This document shows, piece by piece, positions 45,806 through 54,806 of a stretch of DNA of 64,000 bases; position 1 is the stretch's first letter; each line of letters begins with the position of its first letter. This DNA is from Planctomycetota bacterium. GTDB lineage: Bacteria > Planctomycetota > Planctomycetia > Pirellulales > Pirellulaceae. A program made the position numbers and the translations under genes. The stretch lies in the NCBI GenBank assembly GCA_018970165.1, contig JAGWWZ010000002.1, forward strand, positions 7,085 to 71,084, read 5' to 3'. A model generated the notes under the pieces. It saw only the letters and a program-made list of their open reading frames with translations. It made no database searches and had not been told where the DNA came from.

Positions 45806-45831
45806 AAAAAACGGATAGCTCACAAAGCTAT
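45806..45831 (-). terminator. weak rho-independent terminator after the GT2 gene
   Basis: The minus strand reads ATAGCT-ttgtg-AGCTAT followed by CCGTTTTTT. The stem is short and AT-rich. Confidence 0.3.
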
Positions 45832-45927
45832 TGTAGCCGTTGCAAATGAACCCGGGGACGAGAAACGCGAATGGTATTTGATTGTAGAGCCTAACGAGAC
45901 TAGCCATGGCAACTCGTCGCTGAACCC

Positions 45928-46713
45928 TTACGAATCAGTTTGCTTCGTCGTAATCTCTATTCCCAATTTCTCTTCTCGCTTGCGCTCCGATCGCAAATCG
46001 TCGCTCAGTAGCATTCGCTGAAAAAACAGCATGAGCAATGTGCACAGGTATCGCCTTCCCATTTCCTGCATACGCAGATTGCTCGATCCCCATGTCCTTC
46101 CTTCCCAGTGGACGGGGATTTGACAGATCTTATATCCCGAGATGAGGGCACTCAGCGATATCTCGAGCGTGATATTGAAGTGGCATGCGCGATAGGGACC
46201 GCAGCGCTGTACGACTTCCGTGCGAAAGCCTTTAAAGGCGTTCGTTAGATCATTGAATTTCGTCCAAAACATCCATTGGATGCAATGATTGACGATCCGA
46301 TTGACGACGAGTTTCAAACGTGGATAGCGATGCACACTCGCTCCACGGATAAATCGCGATCCGAAAACGCAATCGTATCCATCCCCGAGCAATCGATAGT
46401 ATCGCACCGCGTCTTCAGGATGATCGGAGCGATCCGCCATATAAATCACAACGCAATCGCCCGTTACGAATTCCAAGCCCGTTCTAACCGCCCGTCCGAA
46501 TCCACCCGGAGGCAATCGCCGAATCAAGCGGATTTCGGGATGAAGCGAGGCTAGCTGTAAAACCTGCGATTCGGTCTGATCGCTTGAGTTGTCATTGACG
46601 ACCAAAATCTCAAACGGAATCCTCTCGCTGTCCAAGACCCCCACCAGTTCGTCTAGACATAGGCCGATGTTCTCCTGCTCATTGTAAGCCGGGATCACAA
46701 TCGATAGTTTCAC
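45928..46713 (-). CDS. family 2 glycosyltransferase, ArnC/DPM1-like polyprenyl-phosphate glycosyltransferase
   Basis: SIVIPAYNEQENI, VVNDNSSDQT and YMADRSDHPED, with a C-terminal hydrophobic segment YLCTLLMLFF. GTG start. Confidence 0.75.
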   Translation of the reverse strand: MKLSIVIPAYNEQENIGLCLDELVGVLDSERIPFEILVVNDNSSDQTESQVLQLASLHPEIRLIRRLPPGGFGRAVRTGLEFVTGDCVVIYMADRSDHPEDAVRYYRLLGDGYDCVFGSRFIRGASVHRYPRLKLVVNRIVNHCIQWMFWTKFNDLTNAFKGFRTEVVQRCGPYRACHFNITLEISLSALISGYKICQIPVHWEGRTWGSSNLRMQEMGRRYLCTLLMLFFQRMLLSDDLRSERKREEKLGIEITTKQTDS

Positions 46714-46755
46714 AACGCATCTCCAACTGTTTCCGCACCGCTCCCCTTGGAACGG

Positions 46756-48339
46756 TTACTCTGGATTATAAATTCTGACATAACAGTCGGCAGGAGTCGA
46801 CGGTTCGCCGACCGATCGCGAGAGTTTCGCGCGATAGTCTGAGGGTGCACCCATATCCTCCCCTTCGCGACCGATGATCAGGTAATCGAAAGCTGGGTAA
46901 CTCTCGCCCCAAAATCTTTCGCGAGGCTGGCACAAGAGCGTTGGGCGGCCACTGAGCCAGACATCGAACACGAAATGGACATCGACAATGCAACGGGAAT
47001 CCTCGGGAATCTCCTGCAATAACTCATGAATGAACCGGGACGCATGGGTCCTTTTTCCAGCGCCGTCGCGGGCGTAAGCGATCAACGTGGTCATGCCGGT
47101 TCCTGGAATCATGATCAGAATCAACAGAGCAGCCCATGCATACCTAATACAGCTTTGCCATGGGCGCGATGATGGTGAAATCCAACTCGTGGCAAGACTC
47201 CACAGTGAGGTCCACCCGAAAAGTGCAACAGGATAGAGCCACCCGATGGCATACACCCAATATCCCTTGGTCGGATGGATCCCTGCAATCGTTGCGGTCA
47301 GATAGATGCTTGACAGAACCAACGCTGTCGTTCGCCAACGATATTTGAAAATCATCGACGAAGCATCTTTGCGGAGCCACATCAAGAGTATTCCGATCGG
47401 GCCGCCGAGACTCAGAAAGATGAACTGAATCGCTTGGTTGTACTCCCATTGATAACGCGCATGGTGCCAAATCGAAGCCCAGGGCCATATCAGTCGCTGC
47501 ATCAAACCCGGTCCAGAACGTTCGAGGACATTGCTCGTAAACTGGCTCTGGAACTCGTATGGGAACCGGAGAATCAATGGCAACCACAAACACAGGATCG
47601 CTGCAGCGGGTGCCGCGATGGAAAGTCCGCGGATCGCACGTCGTCTCCATCCACCCTCCCTCCACACGCCCCATACTCCACACTGCAAACAGCCCACCAA
47701 AGCGAAAGGGTGAAACAAGAGCCCGAGTCCGGACAGGGTTCCTGCAGCAATCAACTCCCATCTGCAAGACGTTGTGCCGTCCGGATGGTTGGCCCATCGC
47801 CACATGCAAGCGATCGCGCCCCAGCAACAGAGGCTGACCAGGAGATCCGGTCTGGCGGTAATTGAAGTGAACATCATCGGCCTGCTCATGGCAATGAGTA
47901 TCAACGCCATTCCCCAGATGAATTCGCCCCCGGACGAGAGGTCAACCCCCTCATCGGTCGCAACCATGCGACGAGCCAGCAATCCAAGAACGACTAAACC
48001 GACGATCCCCCCAAAGAAAGATGGAAGTCGCGCGGTGGGGTAACCAGCGGGAAAGACACCAAAGAAAGGTGCCTGGGCGTAATGAAGCCCGGGCGGAAGC
48101 GCGAACAAGCAGCGGTCGGCATTCTCGAAAAAATTCTCGCGTTTCCGAGTCGGACAGTAGGGAATGCGAGGAATACCTTCCTTCCAAACCGTGTAGCCCG
48201 GTACCGCGAACCATTGCTCATCCATCTGACCCGAGGAAAACAACACCATCGGCAATCGGAGTGCGACGAATATGAGTACTGCGGTCGCGATGACGAACGC
48301 AACGTAAGACTTTCGATATCGCTGAGAGTCTTCGGTCAT
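46756..48339 (-). CDS. GT-C-like polytopic membrane protein (putative ArnT/PMT_2-type glycosyltransferase)
   Basis: At least 10 hydrophobic helices. The first loop carries MDEQWF (a DE motif) followed by PPGLHYAQAPFF..ARLPSFFGGIVGLVVLGLL, as in GT-C enzymes. The C-terminal soluble domain is about 110 aa. Confidence 0.5.
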   Translation of the reverse strand: MTEDSQRYRKSYVAFVIATAVLIFVALRLPMVLFSSGQMDEQWFAVPGYTVWKEGIPRIPYCPTRKRENFFENADRCLFALPPGLHYAQAPFFGVFPAGYPTARLPSFFGGIVGLVVLGLLARRMVATDEGVDLSSGGEFIWGMALILIAMSRPMMFTSITARPDLLVSLCCWGAIACMWRWANHPDGTTSCRWELIAAGTLSGLGLLFHPFALVGCLQCGVWGVWREGGWRRRAIRGLSIAAPAAAILCLWLPLILRFPYEFQSQFTSNVLERSGPGLMQRLIWPWASIWHHARYQWEYNQAIQFIFLSLGGPIGILLMWLRKDASSMIFKYRWRTTALVLSSIYLTATIAGIHPTKGYWVYAIGWLYPVALFGWTSLWSLATSWISPSSRPWQSCIRYAWAALLILIMIPGTGMTTLIAYARDGAGKRTHASRFIHELLQEIPEDSRCIVDVHFVFDVWLSGRPTLLCQPRERFWGESYPAFDYLIIGREGEDMGAPSDYRAKLSRSVGEPSTPADCYVRIYNPE

Positions 48340-48351
48340 CCAGCGACTCGA

Positions 48352-49785
48352 CTAGCCGCCAGCGCGATAGGACGGACGGCCAATGCTGTGCACCTCGAAT
48401 CCGATCGAAGCCAAATGCATGGCATCTAAAATATTTCTGCCGTCGAATAGAAATGCGGGCCGATGCATCGCATGAAAGACTCGAGTCATATCCAATCGCT
48501 TAAATTCGTCCCACTCGGTCAGCACGGCAATCGCATGCGAATCCTTAGCAGCTTCGTAGGGATCTCGTGACACCAATACATTGTTTTCGATCAAACGCTG
48601 ATGGTGTTCGGAGAGACCTCCAACAGTATCCTGGAACACCGCAGTCAGTTCCGCTCGAATCTGCGACTCGGGAACTTGAGGATCGTAAATCGTCAAACGT
48701 GCTCGCTCCTCGAGCAGATCGCGACAAATGTAGATGGCAGCTGACTCGCGAGTGTCGTTCGTGTCTTTCTTAAACGCAAACCCCCAAATCGCGATCTTCT
48801 TGTCGCTGACCGTGTGAAACATCGTGCGGACAATCCGAGCCGAGAATCGTTTCTTTTGGTAGTCGTTCATCGTCACGACTTGTTCCCAATACTTGGCAAC
48901 CTCGTTGAGGCCGAAGTGTTCGCAGAGGTAAACGAGGTTGAGGATGTCCTTTTGGAAACATGAACCGCCGAAGCCAACCGATGCCTTCAGAAATTTCGGG
49001 CCAATGCGAGAATCGGTACCGATCGCGCGAGCCACCTCGTCCACGTCGGCACCCGTTGCTTCGCACAGGGCAGAAATCGCGTTGATCGACGAAACACGCT
49101 GGGCCAGGAATGCATTAGCAGTCAACTTGGATAGCTCGCTGCTCCAAAGGTTGGTGGTCAGAATTCGCTCGCGAGGAATCCAACGACCATAAACCGATGC
49201 CAGTTGCTCAACGGCCGCTTCCGATTCTCCTCCAATCAGGACGCGATCGGGGTTCAGCAAATCCGCAATCGCAGTCCCTTCCGCCAGGAATTCCGGATTG
49301 CTCAATACATCGAACGTTGCGTTGTTCGCAGAACTCATCAGGATGCGTTTCACGGCTTCGGCAGTTCGAACCGGCAACGTCGATTTTTCAACCACGACTT
49401 TGTGACCAGTCGAACATTCCGCAATCTTCCGTGCACACTTTTCAATGAATTCCAGGTTGGCTGCCCGACCCGCCCCGATACCAAATGTCTTGGTCGGCGT
49501 GTTCACCGAGATGAAGATGATGTTCGAAGATTTTATGGCTCCCTCAACGTCCGTCGAGAAGGTCAGATTTCGTCCCCGCGCTTCCTCCACGACGTCTTGG
49601 AGTCCCGGTTCGTAAATCGGGAGGTCCGACGAGTTCCATTGGTCGATGCGATGTTGGTTGACATCGACCACATGCACCGGGATATCCGGACACTGTTTGG
49701 CGATCATCGCCATGGTCGGCCCACCGACATAGCCAGCACCGATGCAGCAGATTCGGGGGGACGGGAAATTGTGAACGGAAATCAT
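48352..49785 (-). CDS. ugd: UDP-glucose 6-dehydrogenase (long, eukaryote-like type)
   Basis: [16 protein letters not shown] (NAD fold) and [10 protein letters not shown] (catalytic Cys). About 477 aa from the ATG at 49785. Confidence 0.9.
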   Translation of the reverse strand: MISVHNFPSPRICCIGAGYVGGPTMAMIAKQCPDIPVHVVDVNQHRIDQWNSSDLPIYEPGLQDVVEEARGRNLTFSTDVEGAIKSSNIIFISVNTPTKTFGIGAGRAANLEFIEKCARKIAECSTGHKVVVEKSTLPVRTAEAVKRILMSSANNATFDVLSNPEFLAEGTAIADLLNPDRVLIGGESEAAVEQLASVYGRWIPRERILTTNLWSSELSKLTANAFLAQRVSSINAISALCEATGADVDEVARAIGTDSRIGPKFLKASVGFGGSCFQKDILNLVYLCEHFGLNEVAKYWEQVVTMNDYQKKRFSARIVRTMFHTVSDKKIAIWGFAFKKDTNDTRESAAIYICRDLLEERARLTIYDPQVPESQIRAELTAVFQDTVGGLSEHHQRLIENNVLVSRDPYEAAKDSHAIAVLTEWDEFKRLDMTRVFHAMHRPAFLFDGRNILDAMHLASIGFEVHSIGRPSYRAGG

Positions 49786-49852
49786 GCGTACCACCAAGGA
49801 AAAGCCTGCCGATTGCAACGGCTCTCAGGGATTGTGTCCGTCACTTCCCGCA

Positions 49853-49890
49853 TTGTAAATTCGATCCCGGGGCATTGGAACAATTTACAA
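49853..49890. promoter_or_regulatory. 9-bp perfect inverted repeat TTGTAAATT-N20-AATTTACAA (candidate operator/UAS)
   Basis: Read directly from the sequence. It lies 68-105 nt upstream of the ugd start and 77-114 nt upstream of the -24 element at 49967. On the minus strand its distal arm contains TACAAT, a possible ugd -10. Confidence 0.35.
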
Positions 49891-49965
49891 AAACGTTCGC
49901 CAAAAGGTCTCCCCCCAGCTTACCTAATCGGCGCAAACCAACGATTTTGAGGGTAATGAGGGTTT

Positions 49966-49981
49966 TGGCACACCACATGCA
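49966..49981 (+). promoter_or_regulatory. candidate sigma-54 (-24/-12) promoter
   Basis: TGGCACACCACATGCA with GG-to-GC spacing of 12. It is 12/15 identical to the motif at 29335-29349. Confidence 0.4.
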
Positions 49982-49991
49982 TTGTTCGAAC

Positions 49992-50258
49992 ACGTCGAGT
50001 CGAGAGAAGGTGTTCTCTGACGAGACGGGAATCGGTGGAACCGATTCTCGGGTTCGCGATCCGAGGGCGAAATCGCTCGCCTAGGTGAATGAACTGGCGA
50101 CCCGTCCACGGATGCACCGTGATCTTAGTGGCGTCGACCGTCTGGAACCACCCAGACCAACCGACAGACCGCATCGCACCAGGTTAGGCCCATCTTTCAC
50201 GGTTGAAAGGGCTCGCTTGATCAGCTTTCTACAGGCTTATCAAGCGAGCCCTTTTTCT
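49992..50258 (+). ncRNA. candidate structured small RNA of unknown class (boundaries approximate)
   Basis: No protein-like ORF. Perfect local hairpins lie at 50003-50018, 50029-50047, 50047-50065, 50066-50081, 50107-50121 and 50140-50157. The region is bounded by the -24/-12 match upstream and a strong terminator downstream. Confidence 0.35.
50206..50258 (+). terminator. strong rho-independent terminator, probably bidirectional
   Basis: A 13-bp GC-rich stem (GGGCTCGCTTGAT / ATCAAGCGAGCCC, 50209-50221 pairing with 50239-50251), extendable by A-T pairs, followed by TTTTT on the + strand. On the minus strand it begins 23 nt after the hydrolase stop. Confidence 0.8.
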
Positions 50259-50274
50259 ATTTGTGCTGCGAGTT

Positions 50275-51075
50275 TCATACGAAACGTCGGCACCATTCAT
50301 CGATCACTCCCACGACGAAGGGAGTGTCCCGCTCGCTGTTGGTAAGCAAATGGTTGCTGCCCGGGAGTGTAATCAGTGACCTCGGATACAAACCCGATCC
50401 AGCGGGGTTGGGCTGCTCCGTGCCGTGAGTTGCGAGACCGGCGAGTGCGAGGGCATGGCGATAGGCAACCGTTTCGTCCTCGGGTGAATGCAACACGAGT
50501 AAGGGTTTGCGCAATTCTCGAATGCGGGTTGGCAGATCGTGGCTTCGAAAATCATCGAGCATCTGCTTGGAAATGGTGTGGCTTAATCCTCCGATAACCA
50601 CCGTTCCCTGACCCTCGGATTCGATACAAGGATTCATGGACGACAGCAAATCTGCCAGATGCGAAGTGTCGCTCGGCGATGCGAGTGTGATGACACCCGC
50701 GATGCTTGGCAGTTCGTCGGCCATTGCCAGACTCGCGGCCCCCCCGAAACTGAGACCGAATAGAAAACGGGGTGGATGGTAGGTTCCGCTCAGAAACTCA
50801 ACCGCACGCCGCAAATCTTCGCAGTTGGTACTGAAATTCGTATCGGCGAACGTCCCCTCGCTTCCCCCAAGACCAGCGAAATCGTATCGCAAAATCCCCC
50901 AACCCCTCTCGGTCAGCCCTCGCGCTATTCGAACAATTGCCTTGAGATCTTTGTTGCAGGTAAAGCAGTGGCTGAAGACCATCCACGCGCGTACTTCCTC
51001 CGCGGGCACTTCCAAAATGCCGGTCAGGATGTTCCCACCATGACCTGGAAAGCGAACTCGATGGCTATGACGCAA
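50275..51075 (-). CDS. alpha/beta hydrolase
   Basis: Nucleophile elbow GLSFGG and alpha/beta fold length. TTG start in the ORF track, so the start is uncertain. Confidence 0.65.
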   Translation of the reverse strand: MRHSHRVRFPGHGGNILTGILEVPAEEVRAWMVFSHCFTCNKDLKAIVRIARGLTERGWGILRYDFAGLGGSEGTFADTNFSTNCEDLRRAVEFLSGTYHPPRFLFGLSFGGAASLAMADELPSIAGVITLASPSDTSHLADLLSSMNPCIESEGQGTVVIGGLSHTISKQMLDDFRSHDLPTRIRELRKPLLVLHSPEDETVAYRHALALAGLATHGTEQPNPAGSGLYPRSLITLPGSNHLLTNSERDTPFVVGVIDEWCRRFV

Positions 51076-51111
51076 CAGTATGCTCCTCGAAGATGCAGGT
51101 GCTTTCGCTGA

Positions 51112-51558
51112 TCAGCGGACCCGGCGCATGGTGACCGATCCTCGATCGCGAGCGGCACTAAACGATCCTTGCAGTTGATTTCCCACAATCTTCGTTCGCA
51201 TCGTGTAGCTACCCATGCCCAAACCCAGTCGCTTGTTTGCATCGAGAACAACATTTCCGTATGGATCGCTCGATGGTACCAGAGTCGCTCGATACATAAA
51301 CGGAATGACAACCAAGAATCGACCCGAAAAACGAGCCTGATAACGTCCGTCGTTTTGCTCCCGAATCACCACTCGCATTGGCCCTCGGTGTCCCGTTGAG
51401 TTGCTGGTCCACTCGCCGCGCCAAACACCGACCGGATCTGACCCCAGAGAGTCTTGGCTCATACCGAAAACAGACGAAGCCAATACGGCAATCGCACACA
51501 GGTAAGTACAAAGTCTGCTCCTGAAACGAGCAACGGAGAACGGAATACACTTTGTCAT
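51112..51558 (-). CDS. hypothetical secreted protein
   Basis: Signal-like LCTYLCAIAVLASSVFG. I recognise no motif. It is co-directional with and 36 nt upstream of the hydrolase gene. Confidence 0.45.
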   Translation of the reverse strand: MTKCIPFSVARFRSRLCTYLCAIAVLASSVFGMSQDSLGSDPVGVWRGEWTSNSTGHRGPMRVVIREQNDGRYQARFSGRFLVVIPFMYRATLVPSSDPYGNVVLDANKRLGLGMGSYTMRTKIVGNQLQGSFSAARDRGSVTMRRVR

Positions 51559-51646
51559 TTGGAGTCAGGGTATTTGAGGAGTATCATGGGGCTCATTACA
51601 ACCACGACGCTCTATTTTACTTCACAAGCTGTGTGCGCGGCTCGAA

Positions 51647-52693
51647 TTGTTGATACCTACTCTTTGGCAGAAACTTTTCTCTAGCGATTGCACCGGTCCA
51701 CATCGCAAGGCCAGGTGGGATTGGTTGCGGCACGGAGTACGTCCCGATATCCCGGAGTGGCGAGACCTCGAGGGGCACTGGCTCAGCGGGCTCCCGAGCG
51801 TCGCGAACGATCGACGCGTGTCCAAGTTTCGACTTCAGTCCAGAGAGCATGGGGATGCATGCGAAACGGTGGTTATGCGTCCGAGGCCGACTCGAGGAAC
51901 CGTCTGCATTTCCACTCAAGTCGGATGCGGGGTCGGATGCACTTTTTGCGCAACGGGACGTATGGGATTGGTTCGACAACTGTCGGCAACAGAGATACTC
52001 GAGCAGGTTCTGATCGCCAAGATGGAAGTCCACAATTGGAGCCGACATACGAACCACCCGATCCATTTGCGCAATGTCGTGTTGATGGGGATGGGAGAGC
52101 CACTCCATAATCATGAAGCCGTTGGGGATGCGATCGAGTTCCTGATCGCAGACCGCGGATTTGGTTTTTCGCCGCGTCACATCACTCTCTCGACCGTCGG
52201 CGTTCCGGAGAAAATGGTCGCCATGGCCAAACGATTTCCTCGGCTGCGGATTGCATTGAGCTTGCACGCCGCGCAAAGCGATTTACGTCGTCAACTCGTC
52301 CCGCGAGCAACCAACGACCTCGAGGTGCTCCGCAAGTCGATCTGCCATATCAATAGCTTGGATGAAGATAGTCCTGTATGGATCGAGTATGCCCTCCTGT
52401 CGGGGATCAATGATCGCGAAGAGGATGCTCAGCACTTGATCGACTTCTGTCGAGGTTTGAGGGTCGAGATCAATTTGATCCCCTACAACAACACCTCGCA
52501 TGCAAACCAGTTAGTAAGTCTCCAGCACGATCACGTAAAGCGATTCTCGAACAAAGAGCGATTCCAAGCCCCAGATCGGGAATCCGCACAGCGATTCGCG
52601 ATGGCTCTACGCAACGCTGGTATCTTCACAACTCTTCGCAATACGTTGGGTGATTCGATCCAAGCTGCATGCGGCCAACTGATCGTGGGTTGA
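51647..52693 (+). CDS. rlmN: 23S rRNA/tRNA adenine-C2 methyltransferase RlmN (radical SAM)
   Basis: STQVGCGVGCTFCATG (CxxxCxxC) and GMGEPLHN. TTG start in the track, so the start is uncertain. Confidence 0.85.
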   Translation: MLIPTLWQKLFSSDCTGPHRKARWDWLRHGVRPDIPEWRDLEGHWLSGLPSVANDRRVSKFRLQSREHGDACETVVMRPRPTRGTVCISTQVGCGVGCTFCATGRMGLVRQLSATEILEQVLIAKMEVHNWSRHTNHPIHLRNVVLMGMGEPLHNHEAVGDAIEFLIADRGFGFSPRHITLSTVGVPEKMVAMAKRFPRLRIALSLHAAQSDLRRQLVPRATNDLEVLRKSICHINSLDEDSPVWIEYALLSGINDREEDAQHLIDFCRGLRVEINLIPYNNTSHANQLVSLQHDHVKRFSNKERFQAPDRESAQRFAMALRNAGIFTTLRNTLGDSIQAACGQLIVG

Positions 52694-52703
52694 TCTCATG
52701 CAC

Positions 52704-52732
52704 AACAAAAAACCGCTAGCGATTGCCAGCGG
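52704..52732 (-). terminator. rho-independent terminator of the HU gene
   Basis: The minus strand reads CCGCTGGC-aatc-GCTAGCGG (7 of 8 bp) followed by TTTTTTGTTG. Confidence 0.6.
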
Positions 52733-52825
52733 TCTTATAGAATTGGTACTTAAGACAGGTGCGGAGGGAAAGGGGCCGCACGGTCATCGGTGTTGCACAG
52801 CGTTCCATGAACGCTGCTATGCCTG

Positions 52826-53152
52826 TTAGACCATGTCCTTGAGTTTCTTCAGAGGACGCACTTTGACCGAGGTGCTCGCGGGCTTAGGATCTGCCCACTT
52901 CATTTCGCCAGTGGCAGGATTGCGAACTTGACGCTTTGGAAGAGCTTTCTTCTGAATGCGGACGACTTTGCAGAGGTCCGGAATCACGAAGGTGCCAACG
53001 CCCTTCTTGCCAACTGCCGATGAAATTTCGTTTTTCAATGCTTCAAAAACTTCTGCAACTTGCTTCTTCGACAAACCGGTGCTCTCAGCGATGTTCGAGA
53101 AGATCTGCACTTTCGTCAGGGGCTTTTCTGCCTTGCCTGCTGCCTTCGCCAT
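52826..53152 (-). CDS. HU family DNA-binding protein
   Basis: From the ATG at 53152: LTKVQIFSNIAESTGLSKKQVAEVFEAL..RQVRNPATGEM..VKVRPLKKLK, an HU/IHF fold pattern. The longer track ORF was trimmed. Confidence 0.85.
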   Translation of the reverse strand: MAKAAGKAEKPLTKVQIFSNIAESTGLSKKQVAEVFEALKNEISSAVGKKGVGTFVIPDLCKVVRIQKKALPKRQVRNPATGEMKWADPKPASTSVKVRPLKKLKDMV

Positions 53153-53372
53153 GTGAGGAATCCCTTTCAACAAATCTTGAATCAAAAAGCGGTCCAACTC
53201 AGGACACTCTCCAGATGGCTGAATTAAAGGCCCGGCCATACAAAATGCAACCAGGAACCCCACAAAACCCCTAGAAAAACGGTGGGTTTTTGCGGAAAAT
53301 CTTAAAAAATCCTTGAAAATCAGAGCAACATGGGGGGAAAAGCTGTTTTTCCTCGCGAAAAAGCCAGAAAAA

Positions 53373-54062
53373 TCAGTCTTCCCTAAATCGGTAACCGACC
53401 CCGCGAACCGTCTCAATCGCTTCGGCCTCTGGTCCGATCTTCTTGCGCAGGGCTCGAATGTGCACATCGATGGTTCTCTCAAGAACCAACGTGTCTTCTC
53501 CGAGCGCCGAGTCGATCAACTCCGAACGATCGAATGCACGTCCAGGTTGACGTATCAGGGTATCGAGCAAGCGAAATTCGCTCTTGGTCAACTCGACAGG
53601 TGTATCCCGCACCGTCACTCGATAGCGGCGCCGGTCGAGCGTAATACCAGCTCGCGAAACGGTATCGCTGTCGTCCTCAGTGCTGGTTGACTTGCGACGC
53701 TGAAGAGCCTTGATTCGCTCCAACAGAACGCGCACGCTGAATGGCTTGGTGACATAATCATCCGCGCCGACGGAAAAGCCAATCAGCTGATCAGCTTCCT
53801 CGGTTTTGGCTGTCAACATAATGATCAGCGCTTGTGCGGTCTCCGGCTTGGATCGCAGCCGGCGACATACTTCGGTGCCGTCGATCACCGGCAACATCAC
53901 GTCGAGCAGAATGATGTCCGGCAGCTTCAGCTGCGCTTGGCTCAAACCGTCTCGACCGTCAAACGCAAAAGAAACCTCATATCCTGCCTTGTCCAAGTTG
54001 TAGACGAGAATCTCGGACAAAGACCGATCGTCTTCAACCACCAATACTTTGCTCTTTGGCAT
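53373..54062 (-). CDS. phoB: OmpR/PhoB family response regulator
   Basis: VLVVEDD, a receiver Asp in IILLDVMLP, and a winged-helix C-terminus LTKSEFRLLDTL..VHIRALRKKI..VRGVGYRF. It lies directly downstream of phoU. Confidence 0.8.
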   Translation of the reverse strand: MPKSKVLVVEDDRSLSEILVYNLDKAGYEVSFAFDGRDGLSQAQLKLPDIILLDVMLPVIDGTEVCRRLRSKPETAQALIIMLTAKTEEADQLIGFSVGADDYVTKPFSVRVLLERIKALQRRKSTSTEDDSDTVSRAGITLDRRRYRVTVRDTPVELTKSEFRLLDTLIRQPGRAFDRSELIDSALGEDTLVLERTIDVHIRALRKKIGPEAEAIETVRGVGYRFRED

Positions 54063-54108
54063 ACCCAATCATTCATCACTAAGGGGAATCGTCTCGGTCA
54101 AGTCGACA

Positions 54109-54786
54109 TCATGACTGGGTTCCCGAACGCTGTCCTTGGCGATGCCGAATGATGACCCCTTCCACCATGTAGATGACATCCTCGGCAATGCTCACCGCAT
54201 GATCCGCGATCTGCTCCAAATGCCTCGCGGCGGAGAAACAGTGCAGAGCTGCAACGGTTTGCGAAGGATCTCTAGCTATTTGAGTGGTGAGAGTTTCGAT
54301 CACCTCGACGTTTTTCGCGTCGACCGGATCATCGTCCTGGATCACGCGTCGAGCCTGATCCACATTGCGATGAACAAAGGCATCCAAACTGGAACGGACC
54401 ATGCGTGTGATCATCGTCGCCATTTCATTGATGCCACTCGGGATCGGAAACTCTGGATAGGAGCATAGACTATCGGCGCGCTGCGCTATGTTGCAGGCCA
54501 AGTCTGCGATTCGCTCGAGGTCATTGTTGACCTTCATCATCGTAGTGATCCGACGCATGTCGGCCGCCACCGGTTGATGCAGCGCGAGCATTTTCAGGCA
54601 CTCCTCCTCGATCCGAACTTCGGCGCGATCGATCGACGTATCCCGATTCACGACTTCCGCCGCCAATCCGCCACGCCGCTCGACCAAAGACTTTACCGCC
54701 AGCGCGATCATGTCTTCAACCTCGCCTGATATTCGTAACAAGGAATTATGAGCTTCTTCAAGATCTCGGCTTAAATGCAATGACAT
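54109..54786 (-). CDS. phoU: phosphate signaling complex protein PhoU
   Basis: Two PhoU repeats, with NNDLERIADLACNIA and ARHLEQIADHAVSIAEDVIY. Confidence 0.85.
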   Translation of the reverse strand: MSLHLSRDLEEAHNSLLRISGEVEDMIALAVKSLVERRGGLAAEVVNRDTSIDRAEVRIEEECLKMLALHQPVAADMRRITTMMKVNNDLERIADLACNIAQRADSLCSYPEFPIPSGINEMATMITRMVRSSLDAFVHRNVDQARRVIQDDDPVDAKNVEVIETLTTQIARDPSQTVAALHCFSAARHLEQIADHAVSIAEDVIYMVEGVIIRHRQGQRSGTQS

Positions 54787-54806
54787 CGATTCTTCCAGCC
54801 GCCACG

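Noticed and set aside
50040-50160. Local resemblance to tmRNA (GGGUGGUUCCAGACGGUCGACG on the minus strand versus the tmRNA 5' GGGG...GGAUUCGACG) and to the RNase P 3' region (CCUAGGUGAAUGAAC...GUCCACG on the + strand versus E. coli CCUAGAUGAAUGAC..GUCCACG).
   Set aside because: The defining elements are missing. There is no T-arm/ACCA 3' end and no tag reading frame for tmRNA. There is no GGAAAGUCCGGGC and no ACAGAAxxCGGCUUA (P4) for RNase P. The available space between the flanking genes is also too short for RNase P. I treat the similarities as chance.
50089-50187. A 32-codon ORF (MNWRPVHGCTVILVASTVWNHPDQPTDRIAPG) inside the candidate sRNA.
   Set aside because: The AGGTG immediately abuts the ATG, so the spacing is too short for a ribosome-binding site. 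I recognise no family. The ORF spans several strong hairpins. It is kept only as an alternative explanation to be tested by conservation analysis.
53153-53372. An A/T-rich 220-nt region upstream of HU with possible TTGCAT-N16-TTTAAT promoter elements (minus strand, 53223-53250) and imperfect hairpins after phoB.
   Set aside because: The hexamers are only moderate matches, the hairpins are AT-rich with mismatches, and several alternative assignments are equally good. It is probably the HU promoter and leader, but I cannot place the elements with confidence.
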